A stretch of 64,000 nt of DNA from Macrostomum lignano. Its lineage: Eukaryota. Positions within the stretch are counted from its first letter, which is position 1, and each line of letters begins with the position of its first letter. Where the stretch lies: NCBI GenBank assembly GCA_002269645.1, contig NIVC01001051.1, positions 124,001 to 188,000 on the forward strand, in the 5' to 3' direction. Under the pieces are notes generated by a model. The model did no database searches. It saw nothing but the letters and a program-made list of their open reading frames with translations, and was not told where the DNA came from. Made by a program: the position numbers and the translations under genes. Of this stretch, positions 1 to 13,155 are shown in pieces.

Positions 1-130
1 TTCTCCCTTCCTCTCCCTCTCCCTCACCCTATCCCCCTTCATTCTCCCCTTTTTCTCCTCTCCCTGTCTCCCTCTCGCCGTCTCCCTCGTCCCATCTCCC
101 TCTTCTCTCCCCCTATCCTCTATTCTCCTC
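1..130. repeat. CT-rich low-complexity tract
   Basis: Almost pure C/T sequence; similar tracts at ~15300-15640, 45245-45370 and 63290-64000, and as GA at 47560-48700. Confidence 0.8.
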
Positions 131-929
131 CATGAATTCATACTCCATCTGGACTGGCCCCTCGCTGCAATGTTCGTCTTGACGCCAACCGTGCTGACGT
201 CAGAACTGTTGTCAGCTGCCCCTGCGAAGCGACAAACAGCAAACTTATTTATAGATGTCTCTAACTCCTTATCAGTTGGTTGAACGCAGCTTTTCAAACA
301 CCTATTATAAAATTGTTCTCGAATTTCTTTCTGTTGCTTTCGCTAAAGCAGGTGTCAGCAGCTGAGAGCCCAGCCAAACGTAGGCACCTGAGGATCTCGA
401 GACAGCTATAAACGTAACAGCGAACAATAGCGTTATCCATTTGTAGAAGCCGCGATCTCCAGCCCCTCAGACTGGCCTGTTGCATCAAGGAGGCAGCTGT
501 GTTGCCCTCACCGAGATCCCAATTTACGGCAAAGTATTGGCAAAATATTGAGGCGAACAGAACGCGGTCCGAGAGACCTGACTGTGACGCAACCAGCGGT
601 TGGGCGAACACCTTTTGCGTCATTTCTCCCATGGCGCCGCACGTTGCAGAGTCGAAATAAATGAAAAGAAGTCGTTTGAGCAATAATTTTGCAATAATTC
701 CAAGCCTCAAGTGGCCCCTCCCTAATCGGCGTAAGAAGAAATTTCGGATCTGGAAAACTGGAAACAAATTTGATGGGATACAGCCAACTATATTTGCCTT
801 TCGTGAGCAGCTGCCTCTGCTTGGCTTCAAACGGATTTGAATTGCTTCTGAGGGAATCCCCATGTAACTTGCGGGATGGCGACTTTTAGAGATGGGAAAT
901 GGAATTTTTTTTAATTACGCTCGTATGTG

Positions 930-1150
930 ATGGGGATTGGGATTTGAGATTTGCATAGTTGAGATGCAAAATGGGATTTGCATAGCTGTGAGATGGGAAT
1001 TGGGATTTGCATAGCTGTGAGATAGGAATTGGGATTTGGGAGTTGCATAGCTGTGAAATGAGAAATGGGATTTGTGATTTGCATATCTGTGAGATGGGAA
1101 ATGGGATTTGGAATTTGCATAGCTGTGAGATGAGAATTGGGATTTGCAGT
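930..1150. repeat. degenerate tandem repeat (gggatttgcatagctgtgagatggg-like)
   Basis: Motifs tttgcatagctgtgaga and gggatttg recur about 5-6 times. Confidence 0.7.
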
Positions 1151-1834
1151 AGCAGATGAAGCTGGTTTTACCGAGGTGACAGGCAATCTGCAATCACTAA
1201 ATCCCTGTGTACATTGCCTTATCTTACATGTACTCGTACCCTGTTCACTTCATCAGTTCATGGCCTCAGGGAAAAGTTATCAAGCTCTGATTTGGTTTTC
1301 AATTTTATCAAGGACACACAGCACAGTGTAAAGAAACATGAAAACAAATAATACATGCACAATGGTTGCCATGCGGTTTAGTTTTGAATTGATTAAGAGA
1401 AAAATACAACCTGCCCGAATCAGATGGAAGTCAAACAGGTAGCCTTGGCTGATGGATGTGTAAAAACACACAGAGGCCACTGTTGACATTTTAATCTCAT
1501 TCTCCTTGAGGCTAAATGAACCTATGATTACTACATGTATGGCTAAATCAGAGGATTAACACCTTGTTTGCGTTGTCGGCCATTGCAGGTTGCGAGTGAC
1601 CTGTTGTTAATGTCAAAATCGAAATCACGCCCATAGCAACACAGAATCGGTTTAGAAATTTATGGCTGCCCATATACGACGCTTTTTATACATGTAAGCT
1701 ACATCGTAGTTACTAAGCAAAATGAAAAAACTTTATTGAACTGGTTCAACACGATCCAATTTCAGATAGTCAGGTCCCCCGACCACCTTGTGACCTACCC
1801 GTTATGGATATCAAGAGTTTTGCTACAGGGCCGC

Positions 1835-2315
1835 AAAATGAGTGTCTGCGGCGCTAAAATGAGTGCCCAAGGGCGCCAAAAATGAGTGCCTGCGGCGCTA
1901 AAATGAGTGCCTAGGGCACCAAAAATGAGTGCCCGCGGCGCTAAAATGAGCGCTAAAATGCGTGCCTGCGGCGCCAAAATGAGCGTGGCGCTAAAATGAG
2001 TGCCTGCGGCGCTGAAATGAGTGCCTGCGGCGCCAAAATGAGTGCCTGCGGTGCCAAAATTAATGCCTGCGGCGCCAAAATGAGTGCCTGTGGCGCCAAA
2101 ATAAGTGTGGCGCAAAAATGAGTGCCTGCGGCGCTAAAATGAGTGCCTGCGGCGCTAAAATGAGTGTTTTTTGTGATAAAATGAGTGCCTGCGGCGCCAA
2201 AATGAGCGTGGCGCTAAAAAGAGTGCCTGCGGCGCCAAAATGCGTGTGGCGCTGAAATGAGTGCAAGTGGTGTAAAAATGAGTGCCTGCGGTGCCCAAAT
2301 GAATGCCTGCGGCGG
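1835..2315. repeat. 21-bp minisatellite (aaaatgagtgcctgcggcgct), left half
   Basis: Tandem 21-bp units and 17-bp variants; the same array resumes at 3727. Confidence 0.9.
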
Positions 2316-2319
2316 TAAT

Positions 2320-3592
2320 GATATCCAGCTTGACCCTGACAGCCTTGTGACTGAAAACTGACACACATCCAATATCCAGCTGACAATGACCCTGACAGCC
2401 CTGTGACTAAAAACTGACATACATCCAATATCCAGCTGACAATGACTCTGACAGCCCTGTGACTGAAAACTGACACACATCCAATATCCAGCTGACAATG
2501 ACCCTGACAGCCCTGTGACTGAAAACTGACACACATCCAATATCCAGCTGACAATGACTCTGACAGCCTTGTGACTGAAAACTGACACACATCCAATATC
2601 CAGCTGACAATGACCCTGACAGCCCTGTGACTGAAAACTGACACACATCCAATATCCAGCTGACAATGACCCTGACAGCCCTGTGACTAAAAACTGACAC
2701 ACATCCAATATCCAGCTGACAATGACCCTGACAGCCCTGTGACTGAAAACTGACACACATCCAATATCCAGCTGACAATGACCCTGACAGCCCTGTGACT
2801 GAAAACTGACACACATCCAATATCCAGCTGACAATGACCCTGACAGCCCTGTGACTGAAAACTGACACACATCCAATATCCAGCTGACAATGACCCTGAC
2901 AGCCCTGTGACTGAAAACTGACACACATCCAATATCCAGCTGACAATGACCCTGACAGCCCTGTGACTTAAAACTGACACACATCCAATATCCAGCTGAC
3001 AATGACCCTGACAGCCCTGTGACTGAAAACTGACACACATCCAATATCCAGCTGACAATGACCCTGACAGCCCTGTGACTTAAAACTGACACACATCCAA
3101 TATCCAGCTGACAATGACCCTGACAGCCCTGTGACTGAAAACTGACACACATCCAATATCCAGCTGACAATGACCCTGACAGCCTTGTGACTGAAAACTG
3201 ACACACATCCAATATCCAGCTGACAATGACCCTGACAGCCCTGTGACTGAAAACTGACATTCATCCAATATCCAGCTGACAATGACCCTGACAGCCCTGT
3301 GACTAAAAACTGACACACATCCAATATCCAGCTGACAATGACCCTGACAGCCCTGTGACTGAAAACTGACACACATCCAATATCTAGCTGACAATGACCC
3401 CGACAGCCCTGTGACTGAAAACTGACACACATCCAATATCCAGCTGACAATGACTCTGACAGCCTTGTGACTGAAAACTGACACACATCCAATATCCAGC
3501 TGACAATGACTCTGGCAGCCTTGTGACTGAAAACTGACACACATCCAATATCCAGCTGACAATGACTCTGACAGCCTTGTGACTGAAAACTG
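2320..3592. repeat. 56-bp satellite (ctgacacacatccaatatccagctgacaatgaccctgacagccctgtgactgaaaa), ~22 copies
   Basis: Near-perfect 56-bp period; same unit as the array at 12270-13070. Confidence 0.95.
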
Positions 3593-3624
3593 AAGTTGGA
3601 CACATTGGAAACACACATTGGAAA

Positions 3625-3726
3625 CATTGGACAAAAAGGACAACACTCTAGTGACCCTGAATAGTTGGAAACCTCAACCATTCATGATTCAGTTTCCATA
3701 GTTTTCAAAGAACTTCGCAAGACTTT
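3625..3726 (-). pseudogene. duplicated fragment of the G-protein gamma 3' end (KSCEVL-stop plus 3' UTR)
   Basis: Near-identical direct copy of 13075-13177 (cattggacaaaaagg...gaacttcgcaagacttt). Confidence 0.9.
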
Positions 3727-4265
3727 GAGTGTTTTTTTGTGATAAAATGAGTGCCTGCGGCGCCAAAATGAGCGTGGCGCTAAAATGAGTGCCTGCGGCG
3801 CTAAAATGAGTGTGGCGCAAAAATGAGTGCCTGCGGCGCTAAAATGAGTGTTTTTTGTGATAAAAGAGTGCCTGCGGCGCCAAAATGCGTGTGGCGCTAA
3901 AATGAGTGCATGCGGTGCAAAAATGAGTGCCTGCGGTGCCAAAATGAATGCCTGCGGCGCTAAAATGAGTGTGGCGCTAAAATGAGTGTGGCGCTAAAAT
4001 GAGTGTGGCGCTAAAATGAGTGCCTGCGGTGCAAAAATGAGTGTCTGCGGTGCCAAAATGAATGCCTGCGGCGCTAAAATGAGTGTGGCGCTAAAATGAG
4101 TGCCTGCGGTGCAAAAATGAGTGTCTGCGGTGCCAAAATGAATGCCTGCGGCGCTAAAATGAGTGTGGCGCTAAAATGAGTGTGGCGCTAAAATGAGTGT
4201 GGCGCTAAAATGAGTGTGGCGCTAAAATGAGTGTGGCGCTAAAATGAGTGCCTGCGGTGCCAAAA
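3727..4265. repeat. 21-bp minisatellite, right half
   Basis: Same unit as 1835-2315. Confidence 0.9.
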
Positions 4266-4914
4266 ATCAGTTTTAGCAAGAGGGATTTCCCAAAAAGATA
4301 GGAAATTTTTGTTTAAGATTCTTAGTTTTGTGCCCCCTCCCCCTGCCACCATAGAATCCATGGCGACACACCCTGGATACAGTCGTTCAGATTTCAATTT
4401 CATAAATGTAACGTATTGCAAGCACAATTCTGTACAGAATTGTGAAGTTGGGCCAGTAACAATATAAATGTATTCTTTCATTTCATTCAGCAACAGTGGC
4501 AGTAATGGTTGAGTGGGCAGGCCATCGCCAATTCAGGTTCCACCAAAGGTATCGAATATCGACAAATTCGGGTTGGACAAAAAAATCTGTAAGTAAAAAA
4601 GTTGAGAGTCGAATTTGACAGCCTATTTAAACAGCTTAAAGAGTCGCAACTCCAGACTGAAGACCACATGAGATCGTAAAAAATATTGATTCCGAATTAT
4701 GATCAGATCTAATCAATTTGGATAGGAAAAACTGACAAACCTTGTTGACTTATGGGCCAGACCGATTCAGAATACAGCAAGTATTCCCACCCCAGCCCCC
4801 AAAACTTTTTTAGCTATCATAAAATATTCAGTAGAAAAAAATCCATATTGAATTGTCTGAGGGAATTCAGTTAGACTACCGACAAAAATAACTTTGAAGT
4901 TCCAGAATTCTTCG

Positions 4915-6120
4915 GAATAAAGGCGATTCTTGAAGGGAATAAAGGCGATTCTTGAAGGGATGGAGAGCGATTCTTGAAGGGATTGAGGGCGATTCTTGAA
5001 GGGATTGAGGGCGATTCTTGAAGGGATTGGAGAGCGATTCTAGAAGGGATTAAGGGCGATTCTTGAAGGGATGGAGAGCGATTCTTGAAGGGATTAAGGG
5101 CGATTCTTGAAGGGATTGAGGGCGATTCTTGAAGGGATGGAGAGCGATTCTTGAAGGGATTGAGGGCGATTCTTGAAGGGATGGAGAGCGATTCTTGAAG
5201 GGATTAAGGGCGATTCTTGAAGGGATTGAGGGCGATTCTAGAAGGGATTAAGGGCGATTCTTGAAGGGATGGAGAGCGATTCTTGAAGGGATTAAGGGCG
5301 ATTCTTGAAGGGATTGAGGGCGATTCTTGAAGGGATGGAGAGCGATTCTTGAAGGGATGGAGAGCGATTCTTGAAGGGATGGAGAGCGATTCTTGAAGGG
5401 TTTGAGGGCGATTCTTGAAGGGATTGAGGGCGATTCTTGAAGGGATTGGAGAGCGATTCTTGAAGGGATTAAGGGCGATTCTTGAAGGGATTGATGGCGA
5501 TTCTTGAAGGGATTGATGGCGATTCTTGAAGGGATTGAAGGCGATTATTGAAGGAATTTAGGGCGATTCTTGAAGGGATTGAGGGCGATTCTGGAAGGGA
5601 TTGATGGCGATTCTTGAAGGGATTGAGGGCGATTCTTGAAGGGATTGAGGGCGATTCTTGAAGGGATTGAGGGCGATTCTGGAAGGGATTGATGGCGATT
5701 CTTGAAGGGATTGAGGGCGATTCTTGAAGGGATTGATGGCGATTCTTGAAGGGATTGAGGGCGATTCTTGAAGGGATTGAGGGCGATTCTTGAAGGGATT
5801 GAGGGCGATTCTTGAAGGGATTGAGGGCGATTCTTGAAGGGATTGGGGGCGATTCTTGAAGGGATTGAGGGCGATTCTTGAAGGGATTGAAGGCGATTAT
5901 TGAAGGAATTTAGGGCGATTCTTGAAGGGATTGAGGGCGATTCTTGAATGGATGGAGGGCGATTCTTGAAGGGATTGATGGCGATTCTTGAAGGGATTGA
6001 GGGCGATTCTTGAATGGATGGAGGGCGATTCTTGAAGGGATTGAGGGCGATTCTTGAATGGATGGAGGGCGATTCTTGAAGGGATTGAGGGCGATTCTTA
6101 AAGGGATGGAGGGTGATTGA
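4915..6120. repeat. 22-bp minisatellite (gattgagggcgattcttgaagg), ~55 copies
   Basis: Period 22 (e.g. 4981 to 5003), with variant units ggagag and tgatgg. Confidence 0.95.
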
Positions 6121-6880
6121 TTCTCTTGAGCATGTAAATGAAAAACAGGAGAAAACACGATATCAGAAATAGTTTTAGTCTTATTTCAGAATGTCAGCGG
6201 ACTTCCAAGTGCTATTCATATATATTTATAATGTTGCAAAGCATCATATCCAAGCATTGACGTTGACAGAGTAAAACACTGCACAGACACCAATAAAAAT
6301 TACCAGTAGCAAAGCGAAGCAAACAGGGAAAGACATCTTATAGCTAGATTTGGCTAACATGAAGGACATTTAATGAACCCGAAAGCATAGAGAATGAGGA
6401 TTTGCTAACGCGCTCGAGCCTCAAGCCAACAGGTCCTGGGTTCGATTCCTCTGGCTTTTTGGACTTTTTTTGCAATTCAGACAGTGCAATGTGGATTGCA
6501 ACTTTGGGGTTTTCAGCCCGTGGGTCTGAGACAATGCAACGGGATAAATGGGGATCTGTTTTGTTGCCAAGGAGAACAAAATAAGAAGCAAAATGTTTGT
6601 TTGGAATGTGTTTAGCTGCTGTTCAGTCATATCAGGCAAGAACAGAACCGAGAGGCAAAGAACGACACAATTGACATATAAAATTAAAATTTTACAAAGT
6701 TATAAAAGTTTGATTCGATCGCGGGCAAATACAAGGCCACCAAGTAGAATATAAGAAGCTAACATTTAACTTCAAGAATAGAAAACCATTTATATTACTG
6801 TCAAGACAGAATTAGTAGTACAGTAAGAATTTCCACTGACTAGTGGTCCTAATTATCATTAAATTGATTAATGGATGTTT

Positions 6881-9800
6881 CTAGAGCCTTTGCCACGCGG
6901 TCAACGCGGTGAAGGCGGCCGCCAGCAGGACAGCGCCGAGAAAGTCGCCAACGCCGGTCAAATAGGGAATGGACGCGCTGTCCGGGTCGTGTCCGAACGA
7001 CCAGATCCAGTACACCACCCAGTTGGCTAGCCACAACAGGATGGCCACCTGTGAATTGCATGAAATTAATTGTATTTATTTCCCAATTCCCAACAATCCT
7101 ATTAATAAAACTTCTCGAACCAATCTAAATAAGCAGGGCAAATGCCGATGATCAAATAAATAATAAGGAAATTTCCATATCCATGTCAATAGAAATGAAA
7201 AGGGATAATCCCCTATACTGAAATAGGTACAGGAAACATTCCAGTGACTAAAAAGAGAACAAGGGAAATCCCATCACTTAAAAGGAACAGAGGAAATCCA
7301 TTCACTTAAAAGGAACAGAGGAAATCCATTCACTTAAAAAGGAACAGGGGAAATCCCATTCACTTAAAAGGAACAGGGGAAATCCCATTCACTTAATAGG
7401 AACATGGGAAATCCCATTCACTTAATAGGAACATGGGAAATCCCATTCACTTAATAGGAACATGGGAAATCCCATTCACTTAATAGGAACATGGGAAATC
7501 CCATTCACTTAATAGGAACATGGGAAATCCCATTCACTTAATAGGAACATGGGAAATCCTATTCACTTAATAGGAACATGGGAAATCCCATTCACTTGAA
7601 AGAAACAGGGGAAATCCCATTCACTTAAAATAAACAGGGGAAATCCCATCACTTAAAAGGAACAGGGGAAATCCCATTCACTTAATAGGAACAGAGGAAA
7701 TCCCATTTACTTAGAAGGAGCAGGGGAATTTCAGAAACTCCCATTGACCAAAAACGGAAATAGGCAGAATACCAGTACAATGCCCTCAAGGACCAACACA
7801 CAATCAACGAGATGAAAGCGTACCTGCAGCAGGCAGGCGGCCAGGTAGCACGCTAGAAATGCTGCTGAAATTGAGAAAGCCCCGTCGGGCGCCAGTGCCA
7901 GCACGCAGCAGATGGCCAGCAGGTGGCAGGGCACCACCAGGCCCAGCAACAGTCGGGTGGCGCGGCTGCCACCGGCTGCGCCGCAGAACAGCTGCTGACA
8001 GGCTGGCGGCAGGTCGGCCGTGGACTCGTCGGGCAGTCGGTGAGCGCAGGTGGACAACCGGCTAGCCTGTGAGCGCGAGGGTCAGTAGGAGTGACAGCCA
8101 AGATGACAGGCTGAGTGACAGCCGGGATGACAGGCTGAGTGACAGTAGGAGTGACAACCAGGATGACAGGCTGAGTGACAGCCAGGATGACAGGCTGAGT
8201 GACAGCAGGAGTGACAGCCAGGATGACAGGCTGAGTGACTGACAGAGTGACAGGCTGAGTGACAGCCAGGATGACAGGCTGAGTGACAGCCAGGATGACA
8301 GGCTGAGTGACAGCCAGGATGAAAGGCTGAGTGACAGCCAGGATGACAGGCTGAGTGACAGTAGGAGTGACAACCAGGATGACAGGCTGAGTGACAGTAG
8401 GAGTGACAACCAGGATGACAGGCTGAGTGACAACCAGCATGACAGGCTGAGTGACAGTAGGAGTGACAGCCAGGATGACAGGCTGAGTGATTGACAGAGT
8501 GACAGTGAGTGTGACAGTCAGGATGACAGACTAACAGTAAGTGTGTAAGGGTGACAGACAGAGTGACAGAAGTGAGACAGTAAATGTGACAGCAGCGGAG
8601 AAGCTCACACCTGTATAGCGGCAATATTGCCGCCGATGCCGTTAATGACGGGCTGGAACAGGGCCAGCAGAGGCAGCCGACTGGCGCACCGGCGGAACAC
8701 GAGGCCGCCCAGACTGCTGGCCAGCATGGCGGCCAGCACGGGCAGCCAGCTCTGACGGAGAGCCGCCTGGGCGAACGGATTGCGCGCGGCCGCGGCGGCC
8801 AGAACGGGCAGCAGACAGGCGTAGCCGGCCAGCAGGCAGGACATCGGCCACATCCCGGAGCCGTCCAGCTGCCTGGCCAGCCAAGCCAGGGCCAAGAGGC
8901 TGGCGAAGTCGCCAAGGCTGGCCGCGATCGGAGTGGCCAGGTTGTCCGGGTTCAGACGGCAGCGTTCGGAGGCGACGATTACTGCGCTCACCTGTGGGTT
9001 TTGGGGAGGCGTTGCAGTGTGCTGAGACGGCGGGTGGGTCACGGTGCCAGGAGATGCGGGTCATGGACTCATAGAAGCTAGTCAAGCTGTGATAAGTAGG
9101 TCCTTGAAGTGGATCAAGCTTGGATCAGTAGGTCACTGAAGTGGGTCAAGCTGTGATAAGTAGGTCACTGAAGTGGGTCAAGCTGTGATAAGTAGGTCAC
9201 TGAAGTGGGTCAAGCTGTGATAAGTAGGTCACTGAAGTGGGTCAAGCTGTGATAAGTAGGTCACTGAAGTGGGTCAAGCTCGGATACGTAGGTCATTGAA
9301 GTGGGTCAAGCTCGGATAAGTAGATCATGGAAGTAGGTCAAGCTCGGATAAGTAGGCCATTGAAGTGGGTCAAGCTCGGATGCGTAGGTCATTGAAGTGG
9401 GTCAAGCTCGGATAAGTAGATCATGGAAGTAGGTCAAGCTCGGATAAGTAGGTCATTGAAGTGGGTCAAGCTCGAAGAAGCAAGTCATGGAAATCGGTCA
9501 AGCTCGGATAAGTAGGTCATTGAAGTGGGTCAAGCTCGGATAAGTAGGACGCCACTGTATTTCAAGTTTATATTGCTAGGATGAAGTGAGAAATAAAGCT
9601 ACCTAAGATACAATGTAATTAGTCACACCAAGGCGCGAAGCTCACACTCACCACCAACCCCAGGAGCAGAGAAGCCAAGGAAGCGGTCGCGGTGCTGGTG
9701 GCCAGCAGGAACAGGCCTCGCTCTAGCGCGCTGGACGAGCCATGAGGCGCGCCACCTCCTCCGCCAGTAGAGTTCAACAGGATGGCCACCAGAGCCGCTA

Positions 9801-11036
9801 AGAAGCCAACAAGAACCGCTTGCAGCTGGGTGAGCACCAGGTTGCCCCAGACTAGAGATCGGAGACGAGAAGTCTCGTTGAATGTGCCCAGATGAGCCTG
9901 GTTGATCAGATTGGCAGATAGATTTTTTATTGTTCAGTTTTTGTTAAATAGCTGTGCCACAAATTGAGAGATTTTTTAACTTTAAATTTAATTGGAGAAT
10001 AAATTTGAATTCGATGGCAATTTCACCAATATATCCATCAAGATTCTTTCATAATGTCTCAAAAAATCTTACCAAATACACCAAAATCTCAGTAAAGAAT
10101 TTTACCTAATTTTATCAGCACAAGAATCTTCGTAAAAATACCCTTAGCCCGTTCAGAACCTTCCTAACTCTGTCATAAGAATCTTCTAATTCCCCCTAAA
10201 AGAACTTCCCTTATTCCCCTAAAAGAACTTCCCTTATTCCCCCTAAAAGAACTTCCCTTATTCCCCTAAAAGAACTTCCCCTATTCCCTCAGAACTTCCC
10301 TTATTCCCCTAAAAGAACTTCCCCTATTCCCTCAGAACTTCCCTTATTCCCCCTAAAAGAACTTCCCCTATTCCCTCAGAACTTCTCTTATTCCCCCTAA
10401 AAGAACTTCCCTAATTCTCTCAAAAGAATTTCCCTAATTTCCCGAAAAGAATTTCACTAATTCTCCCAAAGGAATTGCTTTAATTTTTCCAAAATAATTT
10501 CTCTAATTCCCTAAAAGAACTTTTCTAATTCCCTCAAAAGAACTTTCCTAATTCCTCCCAAAGAATTTCCCTCAATTTATTTCCCAAAAGAACTTCCCTA
10601 ATTCCACCAAGAGAATTTCCCGAAATTCCCCAAAAGAAGTCCCCTAATCCCCCCCCCCAAAGATAGTGAGCAGTCCAACCTGAGTAGACAGCCTGGAAGC
10701 CAGGGTCATCTCCAGGTTGCCCTTCAATCCGATGATAGCCGGCACCATGACCAGCAGCTCCGGGTGGCGGACAAACTCCGGCCAGCGCTGCAGCTCGTCA
10801 AGCACCAGGCCGGCCAGAGACATACCCAGGCCCGCCACGGCCAGCGGCGGAGCCATCTGCAGCGCCATGGAAACGGTTGACTCCGACAAAGCATGATGCT
10901 GCTGTAGATGAAGCTGCTGATGCAGCTGCTTAGAAGGCTGCTGCTGCTGCTGATGCATCTCCGAGTCTTGCTGACTCGAGCCGCGCTGCCTCAACGCACC
11001 GCCGCTTAAAGCACTACCGGCTTCTCCATCTAGCAT
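6881..11036 (-). CDS. SLC41A: SLC41/MgtE-type Mg2+ transporter, 5 exons, ~464 aa
   Basis: Exons 11036-10680, 9897-9652, 8991-8611, 8066-7824 and 7048-6881; all GT-AG, all phase 0. Family motifs: [74 protein letters not shown]. Confidence 0.93.
7255..7730. repeat. 29-bp minisatellite in SLC41A intron 4
   Basis: Unit aataggaacatgggaaatcccattcactt, repeated in tandem. Confidence 0.9.
8088..8520. repeat. 24-bp minisatellite in SLC41A intron 3
   Basis: Unit gacagccaggatgacaggctgagt, with 36-bp variants. Confidence 0.9.
9075..9548. repeat. 32-bp minisatellite in SLC41A intron 2
   Basis: Unit agctgtgataagtaggtcactgaagtgggtca. Confidence 0.9.
10190..10645. repeat. ~22-bp minisatellite in SLC41A intron 1
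   Basis: Unit aaagaacttcccttattcccct, decaying to the right. Confidence 0.85.
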
Positions 11037-11156
11037 AACACCGGCTTACGAAGCTGGGCAGGAATGTTTTAATTAAACCGGCTTTGCTACATCAATCAGC
11101 ACTGTGTGGCGGCCTTATGTCCGTATCGACTGTACCACTAGGAAGTTATAAAGAAT

Positions 11157-11636
11157 TCGGTCATTTGGAGCTGTAAACTGTAGGACTTCCGGTTCGGGAT
11201 TCGGTCATTTGGATCTGTAAACTGTAGGACTTCCGGTTCGGGATTCGGTCATTTGGATCTGTAAACTGTAGGACTTCCGGTTCGGGATTCGGTCATTTTC
11301 ATTGGTAAACTGTAGGACTTCCGGTTCGGGATTCGGTCATTTGGATCTGTAAACTGTAGGACTTCCGGTTCGGGATTCGGTCATTTGGATCTGTAAACTG
11401 TAGGACTTCCGGTTCGGGATTCGGTCATTTTCATTGGTAAACTGTAGGACTTCCGGTTCGGGATTCGGTCATTTTCATTGGTAAACTGTAGGACTTCCGG
11501 TTCGGGATTCGGTCATTTTCATTGGTAAACTGCAGGACTTCCGGTTCGGGATTCGGTCATTTTCATTGGTAAACTGTAGGACTTCCGGTTCGGGATTTGG
11601 TCATTTTCATTGGTAAACTGCAGGACTTCCGGTTTA
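11157..11636. repeat. 44-45-bp minisatellite just upstream of SLC41A, ~11 copies
   Basis: Unit ggacttccggttcgggattcggtcatttggatctgtaaactgta; period 44 (11161 to 11205). Confidence 0.9.
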
Positions 11637-12269
11637 TGACTTTTTGAAATACCCCAATAAATGGTGAATTCTGGTTCGGGATAGGGAACTAAAGAAAAGG
11701 CAAAGCTTTGATGAAAGAAATGTAAATTGCTAAATAGCTGATAACATTGATAAAGAAAAGACTCAGATGCCTGGCTATAGTTAAGTCCGATATGCATTCA
11801 ATACATTGCACGATGTCAGTTAGCAAACCCGATAAACTTTCCGGGTTATCCAAGGAACTACAAGCCGACAAAAATTATATAAATGGTGTAAATGAATCAG
11901 TGGACAATTGCTGCACATAATTAGTCCGCAAAAATAAGCCAGAAGGAATTAGTAACTGCGAAACAGATTAATCATTAAATACACATTGATTAGCACACGG
12001 AAATTGAATGCTTCGTAACTGTAAGCAATTTCGGAGTTGGAGTCTTATATACTCCGGCTTAATAAAAAGGTAATAAAATATTGAAATGGGTAAACAGGCT
12101 GACAACTTAGCAGGCAAAAACATTTGGAAAACGACCAAAAAGCACCGAGAATTCGTTGCGATTGAATTTGACAAGAAAAACTTTTAGAAGCAGAAATGAA
12201 GTAGCACGATTGGGAAAAATACAAAAATCAAATTTATATTGAACGAATTCCTTGGTTTACTTGGGAAAT

Positions 12270-13070
12270 GACTGACACACATCCAATATCCAGCTGACAA
12301 TGAACCTGACAGCCCTGTGACTGAAAACTGACACACACACATCCAGTATCCAGCTGACAATGACCTGACAGCCCTGCGACTAAAAACTGACATACATCCA
12401 ATATCCAGCTGACAATTACCTGACAGCCCTGCGACTAAAAACTGACATACATCCAATATCCAGCTGACAATGACCTGACAGCCCTGCGACTAAAAACTGA
12501 CATACATCCAATATCCAGCTGACAATGACCTGACAGCCCTGTGACTAAAAACTGACATACATCCAATATCCAGCTGACAATTACCTGACAGCCCTGCGAC
12601 TAAAAACTGACATACATCCAATATCCAGCTGACAATGACCTGACAGCCCTGCGACTAAAAACTGACATACATCCAATATCCAGCTGACAATGACCTGACA
12701 GCCCTGTGACTAAAAACTGACATACATCCAATATCCAGCTGACAATGACCCTGACAGCCCTGTGACTGAAAACTGACACATCCAATATCCAGCTGACAAT
12801 GACTCTGACAGCCCTGTGACTGAAAACTGACACACATCCAATATCCAGCTGACAATGACCCTGACAGCCCTGTGACTAAAAACTGACATACATCCAATAT
12901 CCAGCTGACAATGACCCTGACAGCCCTGTGACTGAAAACTGACACACATCCAATATCCAGCTGACAATGACTCTGACAGCCCTGTGACTGAAAACTGACA
13001 CACATCCAATATCCAGCTGACAATGACCCTGACAGCCCTGTGACTGGAAACTGACACACATCCAGCTGAT
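12270..13070. repeat. 55-56-bp satellite in or just below the G-gamma 3' UTR
   Basis: Same unit as 2320-3592, with 1-2 nt variants. Confidence 0.93.
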
Positions 13071-13155
13071 GACCCATTGGACAAAAAGGCCTACACTCTA
13101 GTGATCCTGAATAGTTGGAAACCTCAACCATTCATGATTCAGTTTCCATAGTTTT

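Noticed and set aside
294-863. 189-aa minus-strand ORF
   Set aside because: No recognisable motif, and it lacks the GC-rich codon style of the real exons.
2060-3681. Long Cys/Ser/Val-rich ORFs
   Set aside because: Frame-cycling translations of the 56-bp and 21-bp satellites.
6385-6460. tRNA-like B-box gggttcgattcc
   Set aside because: No A-box or cloverleaf could be built; at best a decayed SINE head.
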